Below are positions 1 to 9,300 of a stretch of 39,901 nt of DNA, piece after piece. The stretch spans positions 1-39,901 of IMG/VR virus record IMGVR_UViG_3300036821_000055; one strand, given 5' to 3'. Both the position numbers and the translations under genes were made by a program. The notes beneath the pieces are model-generated. The model was not told the DNA's origin and searched no databases. It worked only from the letters and a program-made list of their open reading frames with translations. Within the stretch, counting starts at the first letter, position 1. Every line of letters starts with the position of its first letter. Source of the stretch: a virus. Taxonomy: Duplodnaviria > Caudoviricetes.

Positions 1-645
1 ACCCAGATGCTGCTGGGTGAAGCGGCCGGTGTGACCCAGCACGTCGCCGGGCTGCGGCGGGTTGGTGATCAGATCCACGTCGGGGCAGGTGGCCATCGCG
101 GCGGCCGGGCCTCCCGGCCCGAGCGGCACCGCCAAATCCATGTGCCAGGTCGGCTCCAGCGGGGTGCCCCCGGTTTCGATGGTGGAATTCTGATCGGGCG
201 GCACCACATCGCAGGTGGGAGTGATGATCGGGCACGGGCCGGGCGGCCCGGGGGTGCCCAGCATGACCCGCCGCCACGCCGTCCCGTACCACACGTAGGC
301 GCTGGCGCCGATGATCGCGCCCGACGCGGCGACGTCGTCGAGCAGCCAAAATTTCCCGATGTCGGCGACCGTGTTGGTCAGCGTCTGCGGCAGCTCGGCG
401 GGGGTATCCACGGTGGCGTCGGGCACCAGGTGCAGCGCGAACGCGGCCGGGCCGGGCGGCCCCTGCGGGCCCTGGATCGCCGGGAACACCATCGACCCGA
501 TGTCCCCGTAAATTTCGTAGGTCCCCGAAAACGGGGACACCGTGTCGGGGGGAATCACGCTGCCGAATAGGTAGGTGCCGACGAGGTAGGACGCGAGGTA
601 ACTTTCGTCGCCGGGGGCGGGCACTGTGGGAACGGTGACGGTCAT
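1..645 (-). CDS. Minor tail protein, 5' part (runs off the window); paralog of the 659-2503 protein
   Basis: Not in the ORF track because it has no stop in the window. ATG at 645 translates MTVTVPTVPAPGDESYLASYLVG...GPQGPPGP...LTNTVADIGKFWLL...AYVWYGTAWRRVMLGTPGPPGPCPIITP, with collagen-like GPxGP segments typical of mycobacteriophage minor tail proteins. Confidence 0.85.
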   Translation of the reverse strand, partial: MTVTVPTVPAPGDESYLASYLVGTYLFGSVIPPDTVSPFSGTYEIYGDIGSMVFPAIQGPQGPPGPAAFALHLVPDATVDTPAELPQTLTNTVADIGKFWLLDDVAASGAIIGASAYVWYGTAWRRVMLGTPGPPGPCPIITPTCDVVPPDQNSTIETGGTPLEPTWHMDLAVPLGPGGPAAAMATCPDVDLITNPPQPGDVLGHTGRFTQQHLG

Positions 646-658
646 CGTCGATACCCTT

Positions 659-2503
659 CTACGCGGTTCCGGGTTGGGCGATCAGCGCGAGCCCACCGGC
701 GATGTTCGCGTCGGCCCCGTTGGTGTGGCCGGTGTAGACGTAGTTGGCGCCCTTCACCGTTTGGTTTTGGTAGCCCGACGCCTGCTCGAGGGTGGTCTGC
801 GTGGATGTCCACGGGGTGGAGGGCAGCACACTCATGCCGCCGCCGGCCGCGACCAGCCCCAGGATCAGCGCGTTGTCGACACCGGTGGGGCCGAACTGCC
901 CCGAGCTGTAACTGGTGGCGCCCGCGGCGCCGGCGGCGTAGCTCGTCATGTTGACGGCCGGGTCGCCCAGCCCGTTGACTTCGATGGCCTGCCAGCCCCA
1001 GAAATCCCCGTCCCCGCCGCAGGACAGGGCCACCGCGCCGGGTGTGGCCGGACAGTTGGGCAGCACGAACGCGGCGATCCAGTAGCCGCCCGCGCCCAGC
1101 GTCCCGCCCGGGCCCTGCTGGGCGTTGGTGCCGCCGTTGTTCCACACCGCGGCCGTATTTTTGACGACGGCGGTGTCCAGTGTCGGAGGGTTGCAGGTGA
1201 CCAGCCCGGCGTGGCTGAACCCGCCGACCAGCACGACCACGGTGTTGCCCTGGGTGACCGGGCTCGGAAACGTCGGGAAGTTGTTGTCGCAGGTTTGGAT
1301 GACGGTGATCGGGCCGCCCTCAGGGGGTGCCGGTGGCGGTATCGCGGCGCCCGGCTCCTGCTCCATCGGCAGCACCTCGATGAACAGCTGCGAGTTCTGC
1401 GGGTCGTACCAGTACAGGCCGAACTCGCCGTCGTTCCACAGGTTCACATACAGGGTGGCCGGGTGACCGGGCGGGATCACCGCGTACCCGTTGGTCGGGG
1501 TGATCGCCCGGGTTTTATCCGACGTGGTGGAGTAGTGCGGGTAGATGTTGCACTCGCCGATGGTGGTGCCCATCCCCCGGGCCACCATCATCCCGGTGAC
1601 GGGGTCGTTGAGCAGCACCCGCGCGCCGACCCGGAACGGGTCGCCGGAGATCATGATGCCGCCCTCCCCCATGTGCCCCCACACGATCGGGCTCCACGGG
1701 ACCGACTGCGCCGGGACGGTGAACTGGCCCACGGTCTGCTCCTGGGAAAACCCGGTGAAACCCCAGAACGCGGACTGCGGCACCGAGTAGGTGCGCGGCA
1801 GCAGGTTGCCGATACCCTGGGGTTCCCACACCGCCACCCCGCCTTCGGTGTATTCGCCGGTGAACGTGATCAAATCACCGGACACGACCGTCGACAGATC
1901 CACGTTGACATCGGGGAACAGGTACAGCGCCTGGCTAGGCCCCTCCGGTCCGGGCGGCGCGGCGAGGGCAAACAGCCAGTCGGGGTCCAGCCGCGGCCCG
2001 AACGTGCGGACATAGGATTTCAGGTCCGGGTCGATCAACTCCACTTCGGGGGTGATCCGCGGCACCGGGCCGGGCGGCCCGAACGCGCCCATCATCATCC
2101 GCCGGTAACTGGACCCGTACCAGATGTAGGCCCACTGCGCGATGACGGTGCCCTGGTTGTCGTACTCCCTGAAGATGTAGTACTTGCCGATGTCGGCCGC
2201 GGTGTTGGTCAACGGTTTCAGCAGCGACGGGTTGGCGATCGTCGGGTCGATGAGCTGCCGGGTCTGGAAGCTGATCTGCCCCGCCGGTCCCTGATCCCCC
2301 GCCAGCTGGGAGGTGTCTAGGTCGCCCTGATCGGCCATGATCTGCAGCTTGGCGGTGTATCCGCTGGGGGTGTCGGGCATGGTGGTCGCCGCGGACACGT
2401 CGACCTTGATCACCGCGTGCCCCAACGGCACCAGCTCCCCCACGTTGGGGGCCTGCGTGGGCGGCGGCGCCAGCGGGTCGGTGAACATGAAATTGGTCAT
2501 CAC
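659..2503 (-). CDS. Minor tail protein with a C-terminal beta-rich domain (possible receptor binding)
   Basis: Start is GTG 2503 or ATG 2500, overlapping the upstream stop (the ORF-track extension to 2842 is spurious). Has LTNTAADIGKYY...YIWYGSSYRRMMMG and GPPGP motifs; lies downstream of the baseplate genes. Confidence 0.85.
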   Translation of the reverse strand: MMTNFMFTDPLAPPPTQAPNVGELVPLGHAVIKVDVSAATTMPDTPSGYTAKLQIMADQGDLDTSQLAGDQGPAGQISFQTRQLIDPTIANPSLLKPLTNTAADIGKYYIFREYDNQGTVIAQWAYIWYGSSYRRMMMGAFGPPGPVPRITPEVELIDPDLKSYVRTFGPRLDPDWLFALAAPPGPEGPSQALYLFPDVNVDLSTVVSGDLITFTGEYTEGGVAVWEPQGIGNLLPRTYSVPQSAFWGFTGFSQEQTVGQFTVPAQSVPWSPIVWGHMGEGGIMISGDPFRVGARVLLNDPVTGMMVARGMGTTIGECNIYPHYSTTSDKTRAITPTNGYAVIPPGHPATLYVNLWNDGEFGLYWYDPQNSQLFIEVLPMEQEPGAAIPPPAPPEGGPITVIQTCDNNFPTFPSPVTQGNTVVVLVGGFSHAGLVTCNPPTLDTAVVKNTAAVWNNGGTNAQQGPGGTLGAGGYWIAAFVLPNCPATPGAVALSCGGDGDFWGWQAIEVNGLGDPAVNMTSYAAGAAGATSYSSGQFGPTGVDNALILGLVAAGGGMSVLPSTPWTSTQTTLEQASGYQNQTVKGANYVYTGHTNGADANIAGGLALIAQPGTA

Positions 2504-3171
2504 GTCCCCCCGGGGCAGGTCGGGTTGTCGCAGAGCTGGTTGGTGAGCTCCGCGCCGCAGAACCGGCACACCCATTCCTCGGTGATCGTCGGGGTCACCG
2601 ACCACGGCGGCGGCAACTGCTGGCCCGGGTCCCCGTCCCGCATCGCCGCGAGCCGGCGGGTGTCCGGCGGCAGCTTCGGGTCGTTCGAGCGGTGCTCGGG
2701 CGCCAGGTCGCCGAGCGCGTCGTCGGCGGCGCGGGCATCCACCCAGGCGTAGGCGCCCTCGTAGCAGCCCGGCGCGTGGTAGGCGCGTTTCTTGATGTAG
2801 GCGTGCGCGGAGCGCCGGAACCCGGCCAGCGCCAGCGTCCACGCGATCGCCACCTTCGGCTGGGTCATGTACATCCCGGACAGGTCCACCACATGCCCGT
2901 CGGGGTCGTTCGGGAAATCCAGCGACTCGTAAATTTCGAGGTAGGCGGCCTGAACTTTCAGCATCTCCTGGGCTCGTTTTTTGTCGGCGCCGGTCAGCCC
3001 GGCCTGCTCGATGGTTTTGTGGGTCAACTCGCCGCGCTCACCGAACTGCAGCAGCGGCGCCTTACCGGTGTAGGCGGCGGCCTCGGCCGGCGTCGGGGTG
3101 TAGCGTGACCCGGCCCGGCTGCGCATACCGGGGTCGCGCGGCTGGCCCTCCACGATCCTGCGCTCAGGCAT
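2500..3171 (-). CDS. Mycobacteriophage gene-29-like (DUF2744-like) tail-region protein with a C-terminal Cys cluster
   Basis: AGGAG RBS before ATG 3171 (alternative start 3186). IAWTLALAGFR...IKKR motif and position after the hub protein; ends CRFC...CDNPTC. Confidence 0.65.
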   Translation of the reverse strand: MPERRIVEGQPRDPGMRSRAGSRYTPTPAEAAAYTGKAPLLQFGERGELTHKTIEQAGLTGADKKRAQEMLKVQAAYLEIYESLDFPNDPDGHVVDLSGMYMTQPKVAIAWTLALAGFRRSAHAYIKKRAYHAPGCYEGAYAWVDARAADDALGDLAPEHRSNDPKLPPDTRRLAAMRDGDPGQQLPPPWSVTPTITEEWVCRFCGAELTNQLCDNPTCPGGT

Positions 3172-3182
3172 GATGTCGCTCC

Positions 3183-5165
3183 TCATGCTTCAAAGAGGGT
3201 CCCCTCCCCGGCGATTTCGGAGATCAGGCTGTACACCGAGCCGATCGTCTTGAACGCGGCGGCGAACGGGTCGGACTTGTGTTTGTCCTCCCCGATTTTC
3301 AAGGACACGGTCATCGGTTTATCCCAGGACCATTCCCGTTTGATCCCGTACACGTTGTCGACGTAGATGATCCCGTCCTGCTCGAACCCGACCCGGTCGC
3401 CCAGGAAATAGTCGTAGTCGGCGATCCACGGGGTGCCGTCGATGGCGTCGGCTTTGAACGCGGCGAACGCCCTGGTTTTCCAGTTGCCGTCGCGCAGCGT
3501 CAACACCGACGCCAGCGTGTAGGCGGTGCCGGAGCCTTTCTCGAAATGCTCCTGCCACGCCACGTCACCGGAATACAGGGCGCGTATCGGGTCGGTGAAC
3601 CGCTGCCACGCCAACAGCACATTGTCCAGCTGGCCCTGATAAAGATTGTCCAAACCCGCCCCGATCGGGGCGGCGCCCGTAGACCCGAATATGCCGTAGA
3701 CGATGACTTCCTGGATTTGGGACAGCCCGTAGCGGATCGCGAACGTTTGCGCTTGATTGACCAGGACCGGGGATTTGGAGCCCGTCATCACCGTTTTCGG
3801 TGACCCTTTATGCCACGTCAAATCCGAGTTGATGATGCCGTTGTAGGTGCCGTCCCACCAGATCACGATCGGCGGGGCGGGGGCCACATCGAGCAGCCCC
3901 TGGATCAGGGTGGTTTGGTCGACGCCGGCCGCGTCCTGGATCGGTTCACCGTTGAGGACCTGCCCGGGGTCGTAGGTCTGCCCGGTGGACAGATTGATGG
4001 TGATCGGGGTGATCAGGTCGTCGAGGGTGACCGCTATCGTGGACAGCAGCCCGTCCAGCGCGGTCCCGGTCGGGCCGGTGATGCCGTCCTTCTGCTCGAA
4101 GGAGAACACGCAGCAGTTACGGATCGGCGCCGACAGCTGGTCGAGGCCCTGCTCCAGGGCCGACAAGTCGATGCCCAGCAGGGACCCGACCAGTTCGGGG
4201 ACCACGTTGAGCAGGTTCGCCAGCTCCACGTTGGGCGAATCGGGGTCGGTGGTCAGATAGGTGTAACACCGCATGATGCACCCGGCGTCGGTGAGCACAT
4301 CCTTATACGCGTCATGCCACGGGAGCCAGGTCGCGCCGATCGCCGACCAGCGGGACTGATCCAACACCGGGTCGACGAACGCCACCTGGATCGGCCACGC
4401 GGTGGGCAGGAAATTCTCGACCGCGTCCACGCCGAGCGGGTTGATCCAGCCGGCCGGGTTGAACACGTTGGTGATCGTCGACCACACCGGCATGAACAGG
4501 CGACCCAAATTGATGAACGACGTCAACGCGCAGATGGTGCGCACCGGGCCGGGCAGCACCCACATTCTGGGTAGCTGCACTTCCGGCGGGAAGATCGGGT
4601 TGGCGGCGATCAGCAGCCGCTTGCAGTGCTCGAAAAAACTCAGCGCGGTCAGCTCGATCGAATGAACACCTTTGTCGTCTTTCTTAATGTGAATCTCAGT
4701 CACTTTTCCCCCCCACCGCTTTCGCCAGTCTTGCTGGGTGGGGATCGGGTCGATCAGCAGATGCAGGTCGGAGATCAGCTTCGTCTGGTTCGTCATGTAG
4801 TCGGTCAGCCAGTTGTCGTAGCAGATTTTCACCGTGCATTTACCGGTGTCGTCCATCAGCTCTTCCATGGACACGTCGATTTCGCCGTCGAGTTCCTGCA
4901 TCACGTCCAGGTTGTTGTCGGCCAGCCGGATCAACGGTTTCTGATGCGCCGCGGCCAGGGTGGTCAGCCGCACCCCGTTGAGGTAGGTGGCGGCCTGCGC
5001 CGGCTGGGTCACCGGGTCGGGCACCGCCGGCACCCCCGCCGTCGGCAGGTACTGGTCCGCCCAGGAGGTCAGTTTCATCCCCGCCGCGCTCTGGGTGGGC
5101 AGGATTCCGAGTTCGGAAAGCAGCTGGCTCACGGCGTCACCGCCTGGGTGTCCATTTGTGGACAC
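3183..5165 (-). CDS. Minor tail protein, baseplate hub (Gp37-like family)
   Basis: 660 aa; RWGGKV, ANPIFPPEVQLPRMW, GSKSP and DYFLGDRVGF motifs are typical of the second mycobacteriophage minor tail gene after the tape measure. Confidence 0.88.
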   Translation of the reverse strand: MSTNGHPGGDAVSQLLSELGILPTQSAAGMKLTSWADQYLPTAGVPAVPDPVTQPAQAATYLNGVRLTTLAAAHQKPLIRLADNNLDVMQELDGEIDVSMEELMDDTGKCTVKICYDNWLTDYMTNQTKLISDLHLLIDPIPTQQDWRKRWGGKVTEIHIKKDDKGVHSIELTALSFFEHCKRLLIAANPIFPPEVQLPRMWVLPGPVRTICALTSFINLGRLFMPVWSTITNVFNPAGWINPLGVDAVENFLPTAWPIQVAFVDPVLDQSRWSAIGATWLPWHDAYKDVLTDAGCIMRCYTYLTTDPDSPNVELANLLNVVPELVGSLLGIDLSALEQGLDQLSAPIRNCCVFSFEQKDGITGPTGTALDGLLSTIAVTLDDLITPITINLSTGQTYDPGQVLNGEPIQDAAGVDQTTLIQGLLDVAPAPPIVIWWDGTYNGIINSDLTWHKGSPKTVMTGSKSPVLVNQAQTFAIRYGLSQIQEVIVYGIFGSTGAAPIGAGLDNLYQGQLDNVLLAWQRFTDPIRALYSGDVAWQEHFEKGSGTAYTLASVLTLRDGNWKTRAFAAFKADAIDGTPWIADYDYFLGDRVGFEQDGIIYVDNVYGIKREWSWDKPMTVSLKIGEDKHKSDPFAAAFKTIGSVYSLISEIAGEGTLFEA

Positions 5166-5190
5166 CCCCGAGTTTCTGCAGCTAGAGCCA

Positions 5191-6345
5191 TTACCGGCTC
5201 CGCTTAAAGCGTTGCGGGACTATCGCGACGATCGCCCCGTTGGGGTCGGAATGCCCGACGGTCAGGTTGACCACGGTCTGCGGCGGGATCGCGAACATGA
5301 ACTTCCCGTTCCAGGTCAGCTGCAGCGGCAGCCCCTGATTAGCGATCCCGGACAGGAAGAAGTCGAGGATCTGTGACTGCCGGATGATGTCGTAGATCAG
5401 GTTGTCGGTGGGGTCATTCGCCGCGGTCAGGGTCCGCTTGGACGGTTCGGTGTCGCACATGTAGGTGCCCACCGACGCTTGGGTGTTGGGCAGGGTGACG
5501 AGCCGGGTGGAGTCGTTGTCCTGCACGATCGCCTGCCCGGGCGAGGACACCAGGAAGGTGGCGTAGGAGGGCAGATCACTGCGGTTGGCGATCGGCAGGG
5601 TGCCCCAATAAAACACGCCGACCCCAAGGATTTCGTCGATCACCTCGATGACCCCCGACAGGATCCCGCCGCCCTGCGGCGCCGATCTGGGGCGTCCCGC
5701 GTTGATCGACTGGAACGTCTTGTACAGCGCCGGTTTCGTGAAGTAGGGCCGCGCCGCCAGCCAGGTGATGTCCCACTGCGACGCGTTGTTGCCGAACGCG
5801 GTGGAGTCCATCTTCTGCGGGGATTTCACCGTTTCGTGCGGGCGGACCGGGATCCACCGCCACCCCGAGTAGCGGGTGTAAACCCCCAGCCAGCCGTCGT
5901 TGGCTTCATCCTGGCACGCCCACCAGTGATCCTCAGCCAACCGGTACTGGTATTCGGTCATCGGCGGGGTTTGGGAGCCGATGATGACGCCCAGGTCGAA
6001 TTCGCGTTCGGGGATGTTTTGCCGGTCGATGGTGGCCCCGAAAATGTAGGGGGAGTTGACCAGCACCTGTTTGAACGGCCACTGCTGGTCGCCCTGCAGC
6101 TGGCTGGCCAGGCGCACCCCTTCGCGGCCTTTGGCGGGGCCGGCCAGGTTGAACATGCGGGTCAGGTCCGGGGACAGGTAAACGACTTTGGTCATCATGC
6201 CGCGCACCGGCGGCGGCAGCTGCATGAAGGAGACCGGTTCGACCAGTTCGGGAAGATACGCCGTCGAGGTGCTGCCCTGCGGGAAGGTGACGAGCGGGCC
6301 GGTGACCACCCGCGGGGCGACGGTGGGGGAGCGGGGGACTTTCAT
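5191..6345 (-). CDS. Minor tail protein, distal tail (Dit-like)
   Basis: 384 aa immediately after the tape measure; FNLAGP...EGVRL and GWLGVYTRYSGWRWIPVR motifs. Confidence 0.85.
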   Translation of the reverse strand: MKVPRSPTVAPRVVTGPLVTFPQGSTSTAYLPELVEPVSFMQLPPPVRGMMTKVVYLSPDLTRMFNLAGPAKGREGVRLASQLQGDQQWPFKQVLVNSPYIFGATIDRQNIPEREFDLGVIIGSQTPPMTEYQYRLAEDHWWACQDEANDGWLGVYTRYSGWRWIPVRPHETVKSPQKMDSTAFGNNASQWDITWLAARPYFTKPALYKTFQSINAGRPRSAPQGGGILSGVIEVIDEILGVGVFYWGTLPIANRSDLPSYATFLVSSPGQAIVQDNDSTRLVTLPNTQASVGTYMCDTEPSKRTLTAANDPTDNLIYDIIRQSQILDFFLSGIANQGLPLQLTWNGKFMFAIPPQTVVNLTVGHSDPNGAIVAIVPQRFKRSR

Positions 6346-9300
6346 GGCTGCGGCGCTCCGCCCGACAACTGCGGAGCGCGGTTGAAGTCGTTGTAGGAGG
6401 ATTGGACGAATTTTTTGGCGTCGTCTCCCGGTTTCGGATCAAGGTTCTGGGTGAGGTTCAAGGTGGGGCCGCCGCCGCCGCCCAGGTTCAGCCCGGTCAT
6501 CGCCCCGGTCTGCGGCGCGCCCTGGCTGGCGCCCAGCCAGGAGGTGACGTTCGCTAACGGCGCCGGGCCGAGCCTGCCTTCGGCGCGGGCCTGCAGGATC
6601 GCGTTGCGGGCCGGGTGCATCAGCTCGTCCATGATCCCGGCGAACCCGCCGCCACGCCCGGGCGCACCGCCGGGGCCGCTGGGCGCGCCGCCGCCGGTGG
6701 TGCCGAACGACTTCTTCAGCCCCTGCAGCAGCCCGAAGATCCCCTCCCCGCCGCCGCCGCCCGACCCGGGGGCGGCGTTACCCTGCTCATCACCGCCGTA
6801 CGGCTCCCGCGGCGGCCTGTAGCTCGCGGCGGGAGCACCGAACACGTCGGTGGAACCCGGGTAGCGCCAGTCCGGTCCCGCCGGCCCGGAAGGACCGGAC
6901 CGCCCGGCGCCGGGCGTCGCCTCGGGGGTAGCGACCCCACTTTGGGATTCTTGTGGGTTCGCGTCGCGAAGGATCGGCAGCCCCTGCCGCTGGGCGAGGT
7001 CCCTGCTCACGACGATCGGCGCGCCGGTTGTTGATCTCGCTATGACGTTATCCCCCCCACCAACAAATCCAGGCGGCGGCGGCGCCGCCGACGGCGATGG
7101 TGACGGTGCCGGTGACGCAGACGGACCAGCTCCTTGAGGCGCCACCGGGGTGACCGGAACCACCTGCTGTCCACCGCCGGGAGGTGACGCCTCCCACGGT
7201 TGAAATCCCGGCGCCGGCGGTCCCTCTTTGAGTACAGGTCCCTGTGGGCTCTGCTCGTAGTGGTGGCCCGGCGGGACATCCATCGCCCCCGGCGGTTTCT
7301 GCGGCCCCGGCGCCGGCGGCGGCGGCGCCCCCGTTATCTCCTTACCGGTGGTCGGGTCGAATTCCCGGCCGGGGATTTGTTTGCCGCTGGCATCCGCCAG
7401 ATACCGGTGCCCGTCCTTGAATATCCAGCTGGCCCCACCGTGCGTTTTCGGGTCGAGCGGGCCACCTCCCTGGTCGCCCTGGTCGGCGGGTTTCCCGGCC
7501 GCCGCCGCCGCCGCGGCTTTCCCTCCCGGCGATTGGGGCGGGAACCACTGCTTGAGCTTCGCGTCGTAGACCCAGTCGTCCTTCCACTTGTACTTGTAGC
7601 CCGGATTGGGGGCGTCCTTCTCGCCCGACGGTGTGGTGTAGACCCCCTGCGCGTCGGCCTGCGCCCCGGGCTGACCCGGCCCTGGCGCCTGCCCCGGCGC
7701 TCCCGTCGCAGCACCCAGACCACTCACGCCGAGACCCGAGACAGCAGCCGCGCCAGTCGGGGTGCCGCCCTGCTGGTCGCCGATCTGGTTGAGCAGGTTC
7801 AAACCCCACGACGCGCCGCCGGCGAATAGTTTCCAGATGCCCCACTGCCACGGCGGTTTGGCGAACACATCCCCGAACCCCAACTCCTGGGCCATGCCCT
7901 TGATCAGACCCGCACCCATCGCCGCGGCGTTCTCGTCCGGGGTGACCTTCTTGGATTCCTTCGGCGCCGCCTCAATGTCCAGGTTCTGTTTGATTCTGTT
8001 GTCCTCAAGGTCCTGGTTGGCCTTGGTCAGCGCCTTGCTGGTTCGGGTCTCGTCGGCGAGCGCGGCGTTGTACTCCTTGGTGGCTTCCAACATGGCGCCG
8101 CGTTCCATGAACTCCTGTTTCAACTTCGGATCGGCCAGCACCGGCGCCGTGATCGACTCCGGCAGCGCCCCCGGTGTCAGCAGCTTGGTCATCTTGTCCT
8201 GGGCCGCCGCCAGCCGACCCGCCGCCGTGGCGTGCTCAAGTTCAAGCTGATGGACGTTGGTCAGGTCATTAGCGCCCGTCTGCAGCGCCTTACGGTATTT
8301 GTCGATCCAGTCGTCGAGCTTTTTCCGTTCGCCAGCACTCAAACCCAGACCGGCGCCTCGGTCGGGGAAATCGAAGCTGAACTGGACCAATCCCCAAGGA
8401 GTTGGGATCGCGCCGGGGGTGCCGGCGGGCACTATCAGCTTTTCGATCCCCGGCGGGGGCGGTTCCGTCACGGGAGCGGGGCCGTCGCCGCCCACCGGGC
8501 CGCCGAACGGGGAGGGCACGACCCCGCCCATCTGCGAGGCGATTCCGCCCATCTGCAAACCCAGCGCCGACGACAGCCACGCCGGCAGGATGCTCTTGAG
8601 CCGGGCGCGCACCGCCGCCCAGCTGAACCCGCCGCCACCCGTCGCGGTGCTGGCGCCGTACGTGCTGGTGCTGGTGGCGGAAAAACCGGAGCCCCACGCC
8701 GCACCGCTGCCGGCACCGGCCGAACGCATCGCCGACGCGAAGGTGCGCAGCCGGTTGGTTTGCTCCGGGGTGTAGGACGCTCCGCTCATGTCCTGGTTCG
8801 CGCCCACCGGCCACCAGTCGATGCCGTGGTTCTTGCCGCCGTGCTCCTGATGCCCCGCGTAGGTGGTGCCGAAGACGCCGTATTTCGCGCCGAGCTCGTG
8901 CACCCAAGCAGGGAAGCCGCTCATGGCGGGACTGTGCAGCTCGCTACCGACTGGCACACCATAGGGTTCGCCGCTGGGGCCGGTCTCGAACGAGGTGTGC
9001 ACGTGGCCGTGATGCCCGGACCAGTCGGCGTTGTAATACTGCGGCTGGGTGGTGCCGGGCCCGACCGCCCCATACGGTGCGGCCTCACCGTAATACTCCT
9101 GGGTCCCCGGCGGGTTGTAGATGACCTGCAACACCCCGGTCTGCCCGCCGGCCGCGCGCCGCAGCAGCTGGCCCTGGTTCATGGCGTGCAGCAGGCCGGG
9201 CGGGGCGGCGCCGGGCGGGATGACCCGCTCCCCGGGCTCGGTGATGATCGGGATACCACCCGCGGCCATCCCGACACCCATGATCTGGTCGATGACGTCG

